Source of the DNA: Octopus sinensis
Taxonomy: Eukaryota
Assembly (NCBI RefSeq): GCF_006345805.1
Contig: NC_043013.1
Location: forward strand, 37,138,001 to 37,202,000
Direction of reading: 5' to 3'
DNA length: 64,000 nt
Numbering within the stretch: the stretch's first letter is position 1; every line of letters begins with the position of its first letter. Of the stretch, positions 1 to 14,308 are shown piece after piece. The translations under genes were made by a program, and so were the position numbers. The notes below the pieces were generated by a model that worked only from the letters and a program-made list of their open reading frames with translations, had not been told where the DNA came from and did no database searches.

Positions 1-470
1 GACAGTAGGGTATTGTGGTACACTCTGTCAAACGCTTTGCTGAAATCAAGGTATATGACATCAGAGTTCAAACCTGATCATTAGGCTTTAAGAGTGGTGT
101 GTTAGACAATCCTTGCCACACTGAAAGCCATGATGGTTGGAATTTAGAAGATTGTGGCTCTCCAGGACGCTATCTATCCTTCATCTCACATTTTCAAACA
201 ATTTTATATGGGAGGTAGGTGAGATTGGGGGATAGTTGACTGCAAGGGATCTGTTTCCCTGTTTGAAAACCGGGATGACAGACCGGGATAATAAAGGTTT
301 CGGTATACAGCCGAAGTCTAAAGACTTTCTCCAGAATTTGGTGACAGAGACTGCAAGTTGGTGTCTAGATTCTGTTGAGTCTTTTTTTTTTTTAAATTCC
401 GACAATGGTCGAGTGTGTGTCTGGATACTCTGTCATCAGGAATTTGACATGTAAAGATTGCTGCCAACAA
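1..470 (-). mobile_element. Decayed non-LTR retrotransposon RT fragment (CR1/L2-like clade), continues off the left edge
   Basis: Minus-strand translation gives SVIPVFKQGNRSLAVNYPPISPTSHIKLFE (RT domain 0/1, cf. NYRPISLTS..K.FE) and, near 10-80, DVIYLDFSKAFDRVYHNTLL (RT domain 3). Frameshifted. Confidence 0.85.
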
Positions 471-479
471 TGAAAGAGG

Positions 480-920
480 GTAGCTATTCTGTGATGATCT
501 TGGGAACAGTTTGGAGTAATTTGGTGGAGTGTGAGAGAAATTTAAACTCAGATAGATATGTGTCCATATTGCAGAAAGAACTCCTTCCAATCTACTGAAG
601 TGATGAAATGTTTAAAGAAGACTCTTTATTTATGAAAGATAGGGCTCTTGGCACGCGGCTACAAAGACCCAAGGTGGATTGGAAGAGAATGACATTAAAA
701 AGCTTCTATGACCAAGCTTGTCAGAAGGTATGTACCCTATTGAACATCTGAAGGGCATAAGGGACAGGATATTTCGTAAAAAGGACAAGAAAGTATCTTC
801 AAAGCCGGATCTTTAAAAATTAATCTATCAAACTTGGCATTAAATGGCGCAAGAGCATATACGTCATCTGATGTCTTATGGGGTCCTTGCATCGAAGAAT
901 GCAAAGGGCATGTCTACTAA
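480..920 (+). mobile_element. Degraded Tc1-like transposase fragment (C-terminal DDE region)
   Basis: Interrupted frames read NLNSDRYVSILQKELLP, LFMKD, and a decayed WP.QSPD.NPIEHL-like segment (ctatgaccaagc...cctattgaacatctg). No TIRs seen. Confidence 0.55.
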
Positions 921-1080
921 ATATTAGATATCCACTTTATAATAATTAATAAATAATTTGCATGCATTCTTTCAGACTTAAATATAACTTAACGATTATG
1001 AGGCTGTCTATTTATTTCTGCCATGTCTCTGTATATGTATGTATGTATGTATGTATGAATATGTCTACATACATATATAT

Positions 1081-1777
1081 CTGACCAGACGGATTCTTAG
1101 ATGGATTTTTAGGCAGCTGACCGGCTGGATTATTAGAACTTTTAGAACAAGAGACCAGGAAACCATGATGGTCATCCGGAGGACACAAGTTCTAAGCCAC
1201 TTTGACTATTGCTTTCAGCTATGGTCACCAATCAGTGTCAGATTAATCTCAGAACTCGAGGCAATCCAACGAAGTTACACGAAGAAGATAGCCGCTATGC
1301 AGCATATAAGCTATTGGGAAAGACTCAAGAGATTGAGACTTTATTCTTTAGAGCTTAGACGAGAAAGATATGCCATAATATACATCTGGAAGATCCTGGA
1401 AGGAGTTACACAAATACTGGAACTGGGCGCCACTGTATAGTGCCAAGGACTTCAAATTTGACATCAAGATGTAGGACAAGATACTGCAAAAGCCTGGGAT
1501 TCAGAGGTCAACATCTCCTCAATATCCTCCCGAAGGATCTGAGAGTCCTGCATGGGGTAGATGTAGGTGTCTTCAAAATAAAGCTGGATCCCTTCCTGTC
1601 AAGAGTCCCAGATAAACCAACCTTGCAGCAAGAGGTGCAGATGAGGAAAGCTGCATGAATACCTCTCATGCACCAAACGTCAATTCCTAAAAAGCATTTG
1701 TGAAGTAAAATTATGTAGCAACACCAAATGGCGGTGCCCCAGCATGGCCACAGCGCGTGAGCTGAAACTAGATAAAA
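1081..1777 (+). mobile_element. 3' end of a CR1/L2-like LINE (RT C-terminus plus 3' tail), 5'-truncated
   Basis: ORF 1039-1440 contains VLSHFDYCFQLWSP...LEAIQRSYTKKI...SYWERLKRLRLYSLELRRERYAIIYIWKILEG, a typical post-RT region. ORF 1440-1658 continues it (SLGFRGQHLLNILPKDLR...FKIKLDPFLSRVPDKP). Tail ggcggtgccccagcatggccacag...ctgaaactagataaaat. Confidence 0.85.
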
Positions 1778-2172
1778 TATAAATATATATATATATATAA
1801 ATATATATCTGTATATTGTATATGTGTGTGTGTATTTAGCTGTAAGTATGGTCGGCTAGCTTGTGTGTATCTGCTTAGGTGCATATACATAAGGATGCTA
1901 ATATGTTTGTATAGACGTATACGTGTACGGATAAATTAATAAAATTTCTTTCTGGTATTTTAAACGTTTAAATGCTGCCCGTAAGATAGACATTGTTTGC
2001 TTGGATTGTCATATTACTTTGTAGCCTGTGTTGTCACTGTTATTTTTATCCCATACATTGTTGTTGCTACTGTTTATTTTATAAATTATCACCATGCATT
2101 CCTTCCTAATCATACATAGACTCATATACATAAATAAATATACATGGAAACACACACACACACACACACACA

Positions 2173-2213
<41 letters not shown>

Positions 2214-3020
2214 ATACGTGCACACATATAAACATGTAAATATGTTGCACGCTTTAACTTTACGTATGTATACACATGTATGTACTTCTACATTTATATT
2301 TACTTATAGTTATATGTAGTTTACATAGGTATATATTCCTCTCTTTCCCACACGCACATATCTCGTTACATACACATACATATACTTCTACATACATTCA
2401 TATACTTACATGCACATATATATGTATATATATATATGTGTATATGTATATATACATATACCTACATACATACATATACACACATAAGTATATATATATA
2501 CATGTATATGTATATATGTATATATATATATATATATGTACATATAAACACACACATATGTTTGTATACACACGGAAACACATATATAGGTATAGATATA
2601 TAGATATACTTCATGTGTATGTATGAGTTTGTATCATTGTGTATGTATAGCTATCAATATATGTACATATATATATATGTGATTGTGTATTTTTGTACGT
2701 GCATGTTCGAGTGTGGATGTACACGTGTGTGTATGTGTTTGTGTGTCGGGACTTTTCTTCTGTTTCTACTCTTGCTTACGCTTCCAAAGAAGCGTCAAGC
2801 ATCACCGGTCACCCGATATTACATTATAATAATTCTTGACATTCGGTTAGGAATGCGTATCTTCCAATCTCATTCCTCTCGTTGCAGTTTTTTTCTTATA
2901 TTTATTGTTCTGTTCATGTTTTTTTTTTTTTAATTTTAATTTTTTTTTTTTTTTTTTCATTTTTATCTGTCTCCTGTTTCTTTTCCTCATTTCATTAGAA
3001 ATTTGCTGCTGGAAGTATGA

Positions 3021-3062
<42 letters not shown>

Positions 3063-3221
3063 GCAGATAAAAAAAACGGTTTTGTCGGAAGATATCCTTG
3101 TATTCTTAATGAAAATGTTTACTGACTCGAGTGATTCAGCTTTGATGACTCTGTTGGCTTTACTCATCAAATATTCTTCGGCAAATTTAATGAATACACT
3201 CATAAATATATACCAGAGCAA

Positions 3222-3265
<44 letters not shown>

Positions 3266-3341
3266 TATATATATATATATATATTATATATATATAATAT
3301 TATATATATATATATATATATACATACATATATAAATACAT

Positions 3342-3390
<49 letters not shown>

Positions 3391-3483
3391 CATATATATA
3401 TATATGGTCATATATACATACACGCACACAAATATATACGTATATGTGTAGAGGGAAACATATCCATTCGCCAATCCTTCTAT

Positions 3484-3545
<62 letters not shown>

Positions 3546-4180
3546 CAATGATACCCACATATTGACACACATACTACCACATCTATGTGCATGCACGTAC
3601 GATTTTATTAGTACAGTATGTATTAAAGTTTTAATTAGTGAAGAGATAACCTCGGCACAGCAATACTTTGTTTGATCATTCTTCGTCCTTAACAAATTCC
3701 TGCCTCAAATATGTTGAAGTGGTTTTTTTTTTCTTTTCTTCTCCTTTTCGGCTCCGCTTATATAAATTCACACATGCAAGAAGATATATGAAGCATAGGT
3801 ACCAAATCATAGGTATAGCCAACATAGCTCATATATATATATATAATATATATATATATTATATATATATATATATTATATATATATATACATACATATA
3901 TATGTATGTATGTATTTATATATAATTTTATATATATATATCTGTATGTATTTATATATATCTATATCTATATATATATATATATATATATATATGAATA
4001 TATACATAGGTAGGTACATATATGCATATATACATGCATTATACCTATATACCTACATATGTGCATACATAGTTGTATACAGACATATGTAATTCACAAA
4101 GCATATATATATATCTATATGCTTCCGTGTGTGTATGTCTGTGTGTATGTGTGTCTGTATGCGTGTGTGTAATTATTCAG
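1778..4180. repeat. Compound microsatellite field: (TA)n, (CA)n, (CT)n, (TAA)n, poly-T
   Basis: Direct reading; this accounts for the YI/HT/CV-repeat ORFs. Confidence 0.95.
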
Positions 4181-4689
4181 TCACATACACAAACACGCCC
4201 ATGCTACTATATTTTGACTCTATACAGATGTTTTTCTTTTATTCCTCTTGTTCCACACATGACAGCTCCCTAGATTTTAGTTACCGATCTGAAAGCAAGA
4301 TGAATATTTAAATTTGCAGAGAGAATTAGCTTTAGTTAATTTTTGTATTTGGCTATCATGTTTGTTTGTCATTTTTTTTGTTATTCTATCTTTGTAAATT
4401 CTTGATTTTCCGCTTTAATTTTCTTTTTTTTTTTTGCCTCATTTTATTTTAATGTCTCATTTTATTTAATGAGGCTTGAAAACAAACTACATTATAATTG
4501 TGCAGATTTGAATAGAATAGCATTATCTGAATACTGAAGATATTCAAATAAAATGCAGTAACACAAGGAACAGAAGACGCCCTAAAGCAAGAGGAAAGAA
4601 GAAAAAAAAAGAAAAAGTAAACACCAGAATAGCAAAACAATTAATAATTTGCCTTATAGACACCAGACAATAAATTTTGAAGATGTTAT

Positions 4690-4875
4690 GGGTTGGTCGA
4701 TTTCATCCAATATCACTACTTGACTGGTCGTTAATTATGATTTCCATTCTCGGGGGGATGGGAGTCATAATTGACCTCGGCGGGATTTGAACTTAAAACG
4801 TAATGAGACGTAACTAAGTAAAGCAAAGCAGTTTGTTCGACGCTCTACCGGTTTCGTCAATATACTCGCTTCAAT
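4690..4875 (-). mobile_element. Decayed SINE, family B
   Basis: gacctcggcgggatttgaactta is the reverse complement of the B-box segment gttcaaattccgccgaggtc seen in younger copies. Confidence 0.55.
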
Positions 4876-6499
4876 AAAACGTCTAACCTGAATGATATGC
4901 TTTTTAAGCGTTCTGTAATAAATAGTAAGTTGCTATCTGCTGCCCTCCGTTTTGTCGGATGTTTTCATAGCATACTGGATGAAAAGCTTTTCCTTGTACT
5001 TAGCTCAGCAATCCAATATTTCATGTAGGAAAGAAGAGTTAGCTCTCAACCAACCACTTGCAATGCAATGTATTGACTTCAGGATGAAGTGAATTAGTTG
5101 AATGATATTGAATCCTAAGCCTCTGTCTACCCCGGGAATTTTGGTGTGTAAATTTGAAATCATTAGAATTTGAAAGAAATCAAAATGGTATAATTGGTAG
5201 AATCACTTTCAGGGAATTTAACCCGCTCTGAACTTATTTACGAAAAGTGATTTTTAAGCATTTGTAAGGACATTGTATTGACAGAATCGTTGTATTATCT
5301 GACAAACTACTTCACGGTATCTAGTTTAGGATTCATACGGTCTGAGTTTAAACCCCTCATAGGCCAAGTTTGCTTTTTATCAAGTGTTATGCATTTCCCT
5401 GTTTGATTACTGCTATGATCTTTTCAAACACGGTTATTTCTTTGCATTTTCTCAAAGAAGACAACCAATTCTTTCAACAGGCTTGAAATCATGGCAAAAA
5501 TTATAGGCGATGGTGTCCATTATCCGGGAGAATGAATACTCCTCTATGCTAACATGACTGATGTATGTATGTATGTATGTATGTATGTATGTATGTATGT
5601 ATGTATGTATGTATGCATGTATGTATGTATGTTTGTATGTATGTATGTATGTATGTATTATGTATGTATGTATGTGTTTGTACATATGTGTGTATGTAAG
5701 TATGTACGTATACATATATGCACGAATGTCAATCTACCGGAGATGGGCAATATTCGTCATACTTCTAGAATACAAGGATCGTATTTCAGGATGCAGAATG
5801 ACTACATAAAGTATGGAAGATTGATTGATTTATAATTCGAGTCATGACATTTTAGTAAAAGTCTAGGAGATGAATGAATGGTAGGCAATGGAATGAGATG
5901 TATAAAAGTTTAGTTTAAATTTGGCATACCTTCATAATTTCAACGGGAGTAGAGGAGAACATTACAGTAACAGTTGAATGCCATTCAAATAATATCGGAA
6001 CATATTCACTATTTAAATAATATTTTTTTCTTTTCCTTTCATATAACTCTAGGCTTTATTAAGATAAAGCCCTCACTTGTCATTTAAGCAAACAGTAAAC
6101 GTTTGCTACAAAAGGAGGCACTCCTAAATTTCTGATTTAATTACTGCTGTCAAATAAGTACGGTATTGTCAAAAATTAATAACTGTATGAGGGATTGGTC
6201 GGTATTTTATTTCAGATTCAGGTATATACTTCCCACCTAAAACACACACACACACACACGGACATAATACTTACATACACACATATACACGTAGTGGTGA
6301 TTGTGATGCTTGCAGCCAATAATAGAATTCTGTTGCTTCCATAAAAATATTTTTAGTTCTTTATTGTTTTTAAAATTATTTTCATCTGTCAGGCTGTAGA
6401 TTGGCGGAAAATGTAGCGTCCAAGACGGAAATACATTTAGAAAATGAGTTCGAATAGTACCAGGGTACAGTCTACTTTTCATCTGCTCGAGGTAGAAAC

Positions 6500-6960
6500 G
6501 AAAAACGAATAAATTAATACAATAGCTGCTAATTCACCGAGCTCTACTTCTTTGTACCTGTGATGTCAATTTTCAATATCATCATTTTGGATTGGTTTCA
6601 TGAACTAAGATTTGTGAAATGAATCTCTCTATGCCAAGCGATATTTCTCTAGTAGTTGACGAGGTCAATATCACATGGATATACCCTGTGACTGAGGCTG
6701 AAAGGGCAATACTGTTTTAGTCTTTGTACAGTTGTGATATGATTATTCTCTGTGCAATCTCAATGGACGAGGCAATCTGCTATGTATAATCAACATTTGA
6801 ATCCGTCCTAATAGTTTATCATTCTGTAATAATATACATATTTCGATTCAGGAATTTACGATTCTTTGCCAGATGAAGCAGGATGAAGATTCCGGCTCGT
6901 CTATGGTGGTAATAAGATTACTAATCTACGGTTGGTAATTCCAGGTAGGATGATGCATTC
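6500..6960 (-). mobile_element. Highly decayed RTE-like LINE RT fragment
   Basis: Minus-strand frames give IVN, VQRLKQ and RQLLEKY in the order expected for RTE RT domains 1-3 (cf. RQLQEKY). Many stops. Confidence 0.4.
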
Positions 6961-7159
6961 ACTTAGTGAATGGAGTCTTGGCCTGATTATTGGCAAGCAA
7001 CTAAATTTTATTAATTTATCCTACTTTTCGTAATCCCTGGATTTTTTACCCAACATTTTCAGGTTTCTGTGTTGATGAAATTAATTTCTGGTCGACTATG
7101 AATCTTTCTTTGTATTGCTTATTTTGTGCATATATCAACAAACTATTACTACTACATCG

Positions 7160-7350
7160 ATGGCATGGCAGAATCAAGAGAGCATCGGAGAAAATGCCTT
7201 GTGGTATTTAGTCACTCTGTTTACAACCTGAGCTTGAATTATATTTTAGTCAATTTTTCTTTTCACTCCCCTTCGGTCGATAAAATACCAGTCAATTATT
7301 TGGGTTGTTTTCATCGATTAATCCTTTTAGAAATTTCTGGCCTTTTGCCT
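7160..7350 (+). mobile_element. Decayed SINE, family B
   Basis: tggcagaatc head, ccttcggtcgataaaatacc core, gaaatttctggccttttgcctata tail. Confidence 0.45.
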
Positions 7351-8482
7351 ATATTACGAACAATTATTATCATAATGGTGGATTGACAGAATCAAGGTTT
7401 TCAGATAAGAATGCCACCCACGTGGTACACAACTACGTAGTATTATTTGAAAAGTTCTAATGAAAACATCGTTATTCATTATCGCCAGATTATTAAAATA
7501 ATTAGCGCTGACGTACTAGGATCGATTTTATATTCCTGTGAAGCATTCTGGACGTGAATGCAATTATAATAGAAAACAAAGAGTATGGCATATCAGCGTT
7601 ATAGCTATGGAATATACACATTGCCTCATATAATTATGTGTTTTTACATTCAGAGTTCAAATCGTGACGAAATCGATTTCGTCTTTCATCCTGTCGAAGT
7701 TGAGCGATAATTATAAGTCAGAAGACCGAGAAGTGATTTAAGCGACTGTCTTCTCCATCAATACCATTACTTCTTTAGCACACTGATTTCACTGTCATAT
7801 AAAATATTAATTGGCAAGTATACAAATTCGTGCTTTGTCCTATCGCAGAGTCTCATCCGTTTCAATCATTTCTTCGCACCTTGTCGCACATTCAATATTC
7901 CATCTCACAGGTCATGCTAAATATTTTCTCAGACGATCTTTTTTCACTCCCGATATACCAAAATAAATTAAATAGAAAGATTGTTTCCTCTCACCAGCGT
8001 TTTTGCTGAAAACTTCAATGCGATGTTACAACTAAACGTCACAATTATACGTCTTCCCAATGCTAAAGCGACACTGAAAGATCTGAGCACTGTTTCCACT
8101 TTTCTAACTTATACAACTGATACAAAATTTCCTAAAGAAATACTGGGATTCCATAAGGACATTTCCTTTGATGAAAGAACACCACTCGCTTCCCATACAT
8201 TACTCGTTTATAATTATTAGCTCGTATTTGTCGCATAATAATTCTTGCCATCTTCTACTAAGCCTCATCATTATTAGAATATCTTCCATTCATGTTGCTT
8301 GTTACGTTCATAATTAGTTGGGAATATGTTTACTAATAAGCCTTTTAAAATCGTCAAAACATTTCGCTTTGATGCTGGATTCTTTTAATTATCTTCTACT
8401 TTGCTAGTATGAGACTATATTTTATTTTTCATTGACTAGATCCATAATTACATATTGCGTAGTATTTTCTTTTATATTCTAT

Positions 8483-8640
8483 TACTCGTTTCATTCATTG
8501 TACGGTGACCATGCTGGGGCACCGGCTTGAATGGTTTCCATGGAGAAAAACCGACCCTAGTACATATTTTGTTTTTTGACGTATGTGACTGTATTCAATC
8601 GGTTTTCTTTTGCCGAACTGCTACCTTACCAGGACACAAA
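8483..8640 (-). mobile_element. 3' half of SINE family A
   Basis: Reverse complement reads gttcggcaaaagaaaaccgat...gccggtgccccagcatggtcaccgtacaatgaatgaaacgagtaa, matching the family A tail. Confidence 0.65.
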
Positions 8641-8954
8641 ACCAAACTGGTTGTTAAGCAAACACAAAAATGCAAACACAAATACACACATACAAATATA
8701 TATACACACAATCATTTTGAAATGTAAAGTCAGATTTAACATATAATATTTGATATATGCCATAATTTTGCGATGAGGAAACTGCAATAAATATTATTTA
8801 CATTATTTATTTTATTTACATTATTTACTGCAATATATATTGTTTTTATTCTTTCCAGCATAAGGCGAATCTCGAAACATATTTCAGTAGGGTGCCGAGT
8901 TAGGAGAATTTTAAGAGCACCTAACAAAATGGCCCTTATCATTTGTTCCAGTTA

Positions 8955-9125
8955 AAGGTGGCCAGCTGGCAGAATCATTAATATTCCGAAAGTATGTGTT
9001 GCAGTATTTCTTTTGCCTTTACGTTCTGCATTCAAATGCCACCAAGGTTGACTTAGCCATTTATCCTTTGAGGTAGATGTAAAATGCACCAGTTAAGGTA
9101 CTGGTGTCGATGTAATCTGCTAGCG
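8955..9125 (+). mobile_element. SINE family B (diverged)
   Basis: ggtggccagctggcagaatc head, cattcaaatgccaccaaggttgac B-box region, accagttaaggtactggtgtcgatgtaatc core. Confidence 0.65.
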
Positions 9126-9326
9126 ATTACGACATTTTCCATCTAGGAACATCATAACATTTTGTTTATCGTGCATAAATTGATTTTTTCTTTCTCACCC
9201 ATTAAATTTTAATCTACAATCGTACATCTTAGCAACTTGGTTATCGAATCTCTTTACATATTCCAGTCTTGTGTCAATAAATGAATTACTGTACTACTAC
9301 AACTACTACTACTACTAGTGAAGTTA

Positions 9327-9618
9327 CATGGGTCAGGGGAAAGGGCGCCGAGCTAACGATCGTGAAGTAGCGAGTTCGAATCCCGGACCGGGCTGCTTGT
9401 TGTGTCTTTGAGGAAGACACTTTGTTTTACGTTGCTCCAGTTTACTCAGCTGTAGAAAAGAGTTGCCTTTCCCTTGGATAACACTGGGGCGTGGAGAGGG
9501 GCGGCCGGCATGCATGGGTGACTGCTGGTCATCCAAAAACAAACTTACCCGGACTTGTGCCTGGGAGGGTGGCTTTCTAGGTGCAATCCCATGGTCAGTC
9601 ATGACCGAACGGGGTCTC
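9327..9618 (+). mobile_element. tRNA-derived SINE family C (CORE-like central domain)
   Basis: B-box gagttcgaatcccgg followed by tgtgtctttgaggaagacactttgttttacgttgctccagtttactcagctgtagaaaagag. Homologous copies at 48468-48725 and 62790-63085. Confidence 0.8.
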
Positions 9619-10401
9619 AGCAGCTAAACTACAACTACTACTACTACTACTACTACTTACTACTACTACTACTAATAATAATAATAATAATATTAATAAT
9701 AATAATTATCGTTATTATTTTTGTTGTTGTAGGCGCTGTTGTTATTATTACTAAATTTATTATCATCATCAACTTTATCATCATCATCATCATCATCATC
9801 CTCAATATTGTCTTTATTTTTTTTTTTTATTATTGTTTGTAGTATTATACGTTTGCTTCGATTAAAATCCTCACTGCTTAGATTCGACTGAACAGTGAAT
9901 ATAAGAAGAAAGGAGAAACACCCACCGACATGAACCTCATCTATATCAAGCTTGCTATCATCTTCACCCTCAACACAAGGATCAGCATCGCCCTTCACAA
10001 GCATCGGTATTATTATCAGCGTGCATTTCGTCAACAGAACAATCAACGCATTTGCATCCATTTTGCAGTATGGGAATATTGGTAACAGAAATAAACAATT
10101 ATAATGATGATAATAAGATCAAGTGTATAAGGTGCTGCCACTGCTGCTGTTAATGATGATGATGATGATGATGATGATTATGGTGGTGGTGGTGGTGGTT
10201 GGTGGTTGGCGGTGGTGATGACGACGGTGATTATCTTGAGAATGTTGATAGTTCTGACGGTGATGATCATAATGATGATAAGGATTATCATCAATATCAT
10301 CATCACCACCATCATCATCATCACCACCATCATCATCATCACCACCATCATCATCATCACCACCATCATCATCATCACCACCATCATCATCATCATCATT
10401 T

Positions 10402-10535
10402 AAAAGTTTATATGATATCATTCACTCGTTTATTTTATTGCTGCCGAATTTTGTCATCATCATCATCATCATTATCATCATCATCATCATCATAGTCATC
10501 GTCGTCGTCGTCGTCATCGTCATCAATATCACCAC

Positions 10536-10602
<67 letters not shown>

Positions 10603-10856
10603 GTTGTTGTTGTTTTTGTTATTATTATTATCGTTATCATCATAACGAGAACGGTAGAAATACTGACGAGTGAATAATACTAGTGCTAATAATAATAGTA
10701 ACAAATGCTAATAATACTACTATAATAATGATAACTGTTTAAGGAATAACGATGACGATGATGATGATGATGATGATGACGATGATGATGATAATTATGA
10801 TGATGATGTTGATGCCTGAGATTAATAATAATGATAATAATAACAATAATAATAAC

Positions 10857-10888
<32 letters not shown>

Positions 10889-11035
10889 CAACAGCAATAA
10901 TAATAATAATAATAATAATAGTAATGATGATGGTGGTGGTGGTGGTGGTGTTGATGATGATGAGGATGATGATGATGATGATAACAAAATTCGGCAGCAA
11001 TAAAATAAATGAGTGAATGAAATCATATAAATTTT
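10402..11035. repeat. Fold-back: ~55-bp inverted repeats enclosing mirrored trinucleotide microsatellites
   Basis: 10402-10457 aaaagtttatatgatatcattcactcgtttattttattgctgccgaattttgtcat matches the reverse complement of 10981-11035, aaaatttatatgatttcattcactcatttattttattgctgccgaattttgttat. Confidence 0.85.
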
Positions 11036-11642
11036 GAAATATGGAATAAGCGGATGGGAATGGAAATAGGGGGGAAATGGTGAATGAGAGTTGGTGGAAG
11101 AGAGGAGCCATGGAAATATATAATGGAAAGAAAGCAGCTAAAAGAAGACGAAGGAGAAGAAAATGTTGGAGAAAAATATTTTTACTTGTTAATTAGAATC
11201 TATTAAAGTAGCAAGTTATATGCGCGAGTATAGCCCTGAGGGTTAGTAATTATTCAAGAAGTTGAGATTCGTTTGGATGCATTGAAGATATTTAGTGTAA
11301 TGAAAAATAGAAGGCTGAATAAATTTCTTTGAAGTCTCATCTTTATTTACTGTCGATTTCTTTGAAGGAATTTTTGACACAATATCACGCTACCTCTAAC
11401 AAGTAGGGACCCAGTATAACAACAAGAACAACAAGAACAACGGAAAATAAAGAAAGCCATCGACAACAAAAATTAAAAAGCAAACGGTAAATAAACAGTA
11501 AAAATAAGACAATATAAAAAAATGGAGAGAAATAAATAAATAGATAAATGAATAAATGTTATACACATGTATATATGTGTATCTGCTGATGTGACTTTGT
11601 GTTTGTGCATGTGTGCCTGTATGTATGTATATAATATATATA

Positions 11643-11694
<52 letters not shown>

Positions 11695-11776
11695 GTGTGT
11701 GTGTGTGTGTGTAAATCAAATATATGTATGTGCTTATCAAGATATGTATACATATGTAATAGACAAATGTCTGACA

Positions 11777-11821
<45 letters not shown>

Positions 11822-11824
11822 ATA

Positions 11825-11855
<31 letters not shown>

Positions 11856-12479
11856 CATATAAATATACATACATATATACATGCATAAATATATATGTAT
11901 ATGTATATTTATATGTATATATATATATATATATTATATATATATATACATACATACATGGGTGTATATATGAATGCGTTTTTCTGTGAATGTATGCTAG
12001 TGTATGTGTGAGAGTATTTGTGTGTTTATATTCGCCTGCATGTATGTGTCGGATTATATATAAAGCATCACATTTGTTTAATATTTTACAGAGATCCACC
12101 AAATGCACACTCATATATGCGCATATACACATATACACACACATACATACATACACGCATACATATATAATAAAACACATAAACATTAGCAAGTAGATAT
12201 TTAATAAAAAAGAAGGAATGAAACATACATGATAAAATAAAATATAAAATTATTAACAAAAAAAAAACTATTTGGAAAAATGCAAAAAAAAAAAAAAATG
12301 ACAGAGAAACAGAAATTCTGAGTATTAATAAAAGAAATTGACGAAATATGAAAATTTTTGTCACAGTTTTTATTCTTTGACACGCAATCTTTTTACATTG
12401 AGCTTTTTACGTTCACCCAACTCGCTTTAAATACACGCACGCCAAATGCGCGCCCCTCTTTGTGTGTGTGAGTGTGTGT

Positions 12480-12541
<62 letters not shown>

Positions 12542-13180
12542 ATTTGTGTGTGCACATATATATATATATAAATATATACACATGGATGGCAAAAACAGAA
12601 GTCTTTTTTTGAGCATTCATTTATTGAGACACGCATAAATATGCACACATGTTCAAATACACACACATACACACACTTGCGAACTCCCTCACCTAACGCT
12701 CCTTTTTTGTGTGTACTTTCACTCCAGCACACACAAAGGTCTTTCCCACTCACTTTCTCTTTCTCTTCCTATCTCTCTGCATTTTTTTTCCTCTCCGATA
12801 TCATCTTGCCCTTAGTCTGTCACTTTCTGCTTTCCTTCAATATATATCCAGACAGGTTCCTATTGAATCTCAAACGTTATAGTGTTTGCATTTGATTCTG
12901 TTTGTTTCATCCCATCTATATATTTTGTTTGATGTTATTTTTAGGGTCTGTATTATTTCCTGTTCTTAGAAACAACTCTTACAACAATAACGATATTTAA
13001 TAATATGTTGTGTTGCTGATGCTGTTGTCTTTGTTGTACTTATTTGCTGTTGTTGTTTCTTAATGCTGATGTGTGTTTTTCTGAGATTTATGCCTCACCC
13101 TAAGTACTTGTAAAAATCCATTTATAATTTCTCACGTATATTTGAAAAAATAAAACGCAATATTATTTATATTATGTACA

Positions 13181-13211
<31 letters not shown>

Positions 13212-14308
13212 TTATATAAATATATATAACATACATATATATATAATAATACATGTATACTTATATACATACATGTGTGTGTGTGTGTGTGTGTGAACAC
13301 ATTTATATGTGTGTGTGTGTGTATAGAGGATTTACTTGTATTGTTCGTACATCAATCAAAAATGTTGAGGAAGCACTTCTGTTTTACTTTCCATTAGTCT
13401 GTCTGTATGTCCATGAAGTCAGTCAGTTAATGTGACTGCGTGTCTGTCAGTCTGTCTGTTAGTCATGCAGCGTTTTGGTATATCTCTCTCTGTTCCCCCG
13501 TCTCCTCTTCTTCATCCTCCTCCTCCCCCACGTCAAATCTTCTACTTCCTCCCCTACTCCGCCTACTAAATCATTATTATTTCACACTCATTCTATTTAT
13601 TTTACCATTTTCATTTATAATCCCGTGTCGTTTGTCCAATTTCAATTGTATTTCCAGTTTTTCTCTATTTCATCCTTGTTTACTGCTTGGCTGTTTTGTT
13701 TAGTGGCTAATTTCTTGGTAGGCTGTTCCTTTATAAACTTTAGGTCAGCCCTGCATGAACAGATATACGCTCAAATGCTTTACAAACTTACCCGAGAATT
13801 TATATAAATATTGCTTACCTAATGCGGCATTTTCATTATCACATTGTGTCATGTGACATCCCCACTTTCAATGATAGTATACAGTGATTTCAGAGAGACA
13901 TACATGCTATTACTAGCATTGTGAAGCACGAAGCTTCAAAGGTTTCATTGTTGCTTGGTTCAGTATTTGCCAATTGCAGGCATTGATGTTTTCAGCTGGT
14001 CAGCAGAACTCCAGCAGGGATATGATTGAAGTCATCTGTTCCATGTGTAACTAGCTTGTAATATGCAGCAGAGTCTTAAATATTGGCGAAATAGTGTGGG
14101 AAATTTCAAATCAGATGTAACTATCGCTGAAGTTTAAAAGCTGAGCACACACCATTAAAGTGATCTTTTAATCTAAAACCAAATATATTCGAAAATAAAA
14201 TATATGATGAAGCAATTGATGCTTCATTTTCTTGAATAATATAATTGGTTGTACATGGGTAATCTAGAAATACAGTTCTATATTTAAGAGATGAGGAATT
14301 ATGTACAA

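Noticed and set aside
9327-9400. tRNA gene
   Set aside because: The B-box and T-arm-like sequence is the head of SINE family C; there is no complete cloverleaf.
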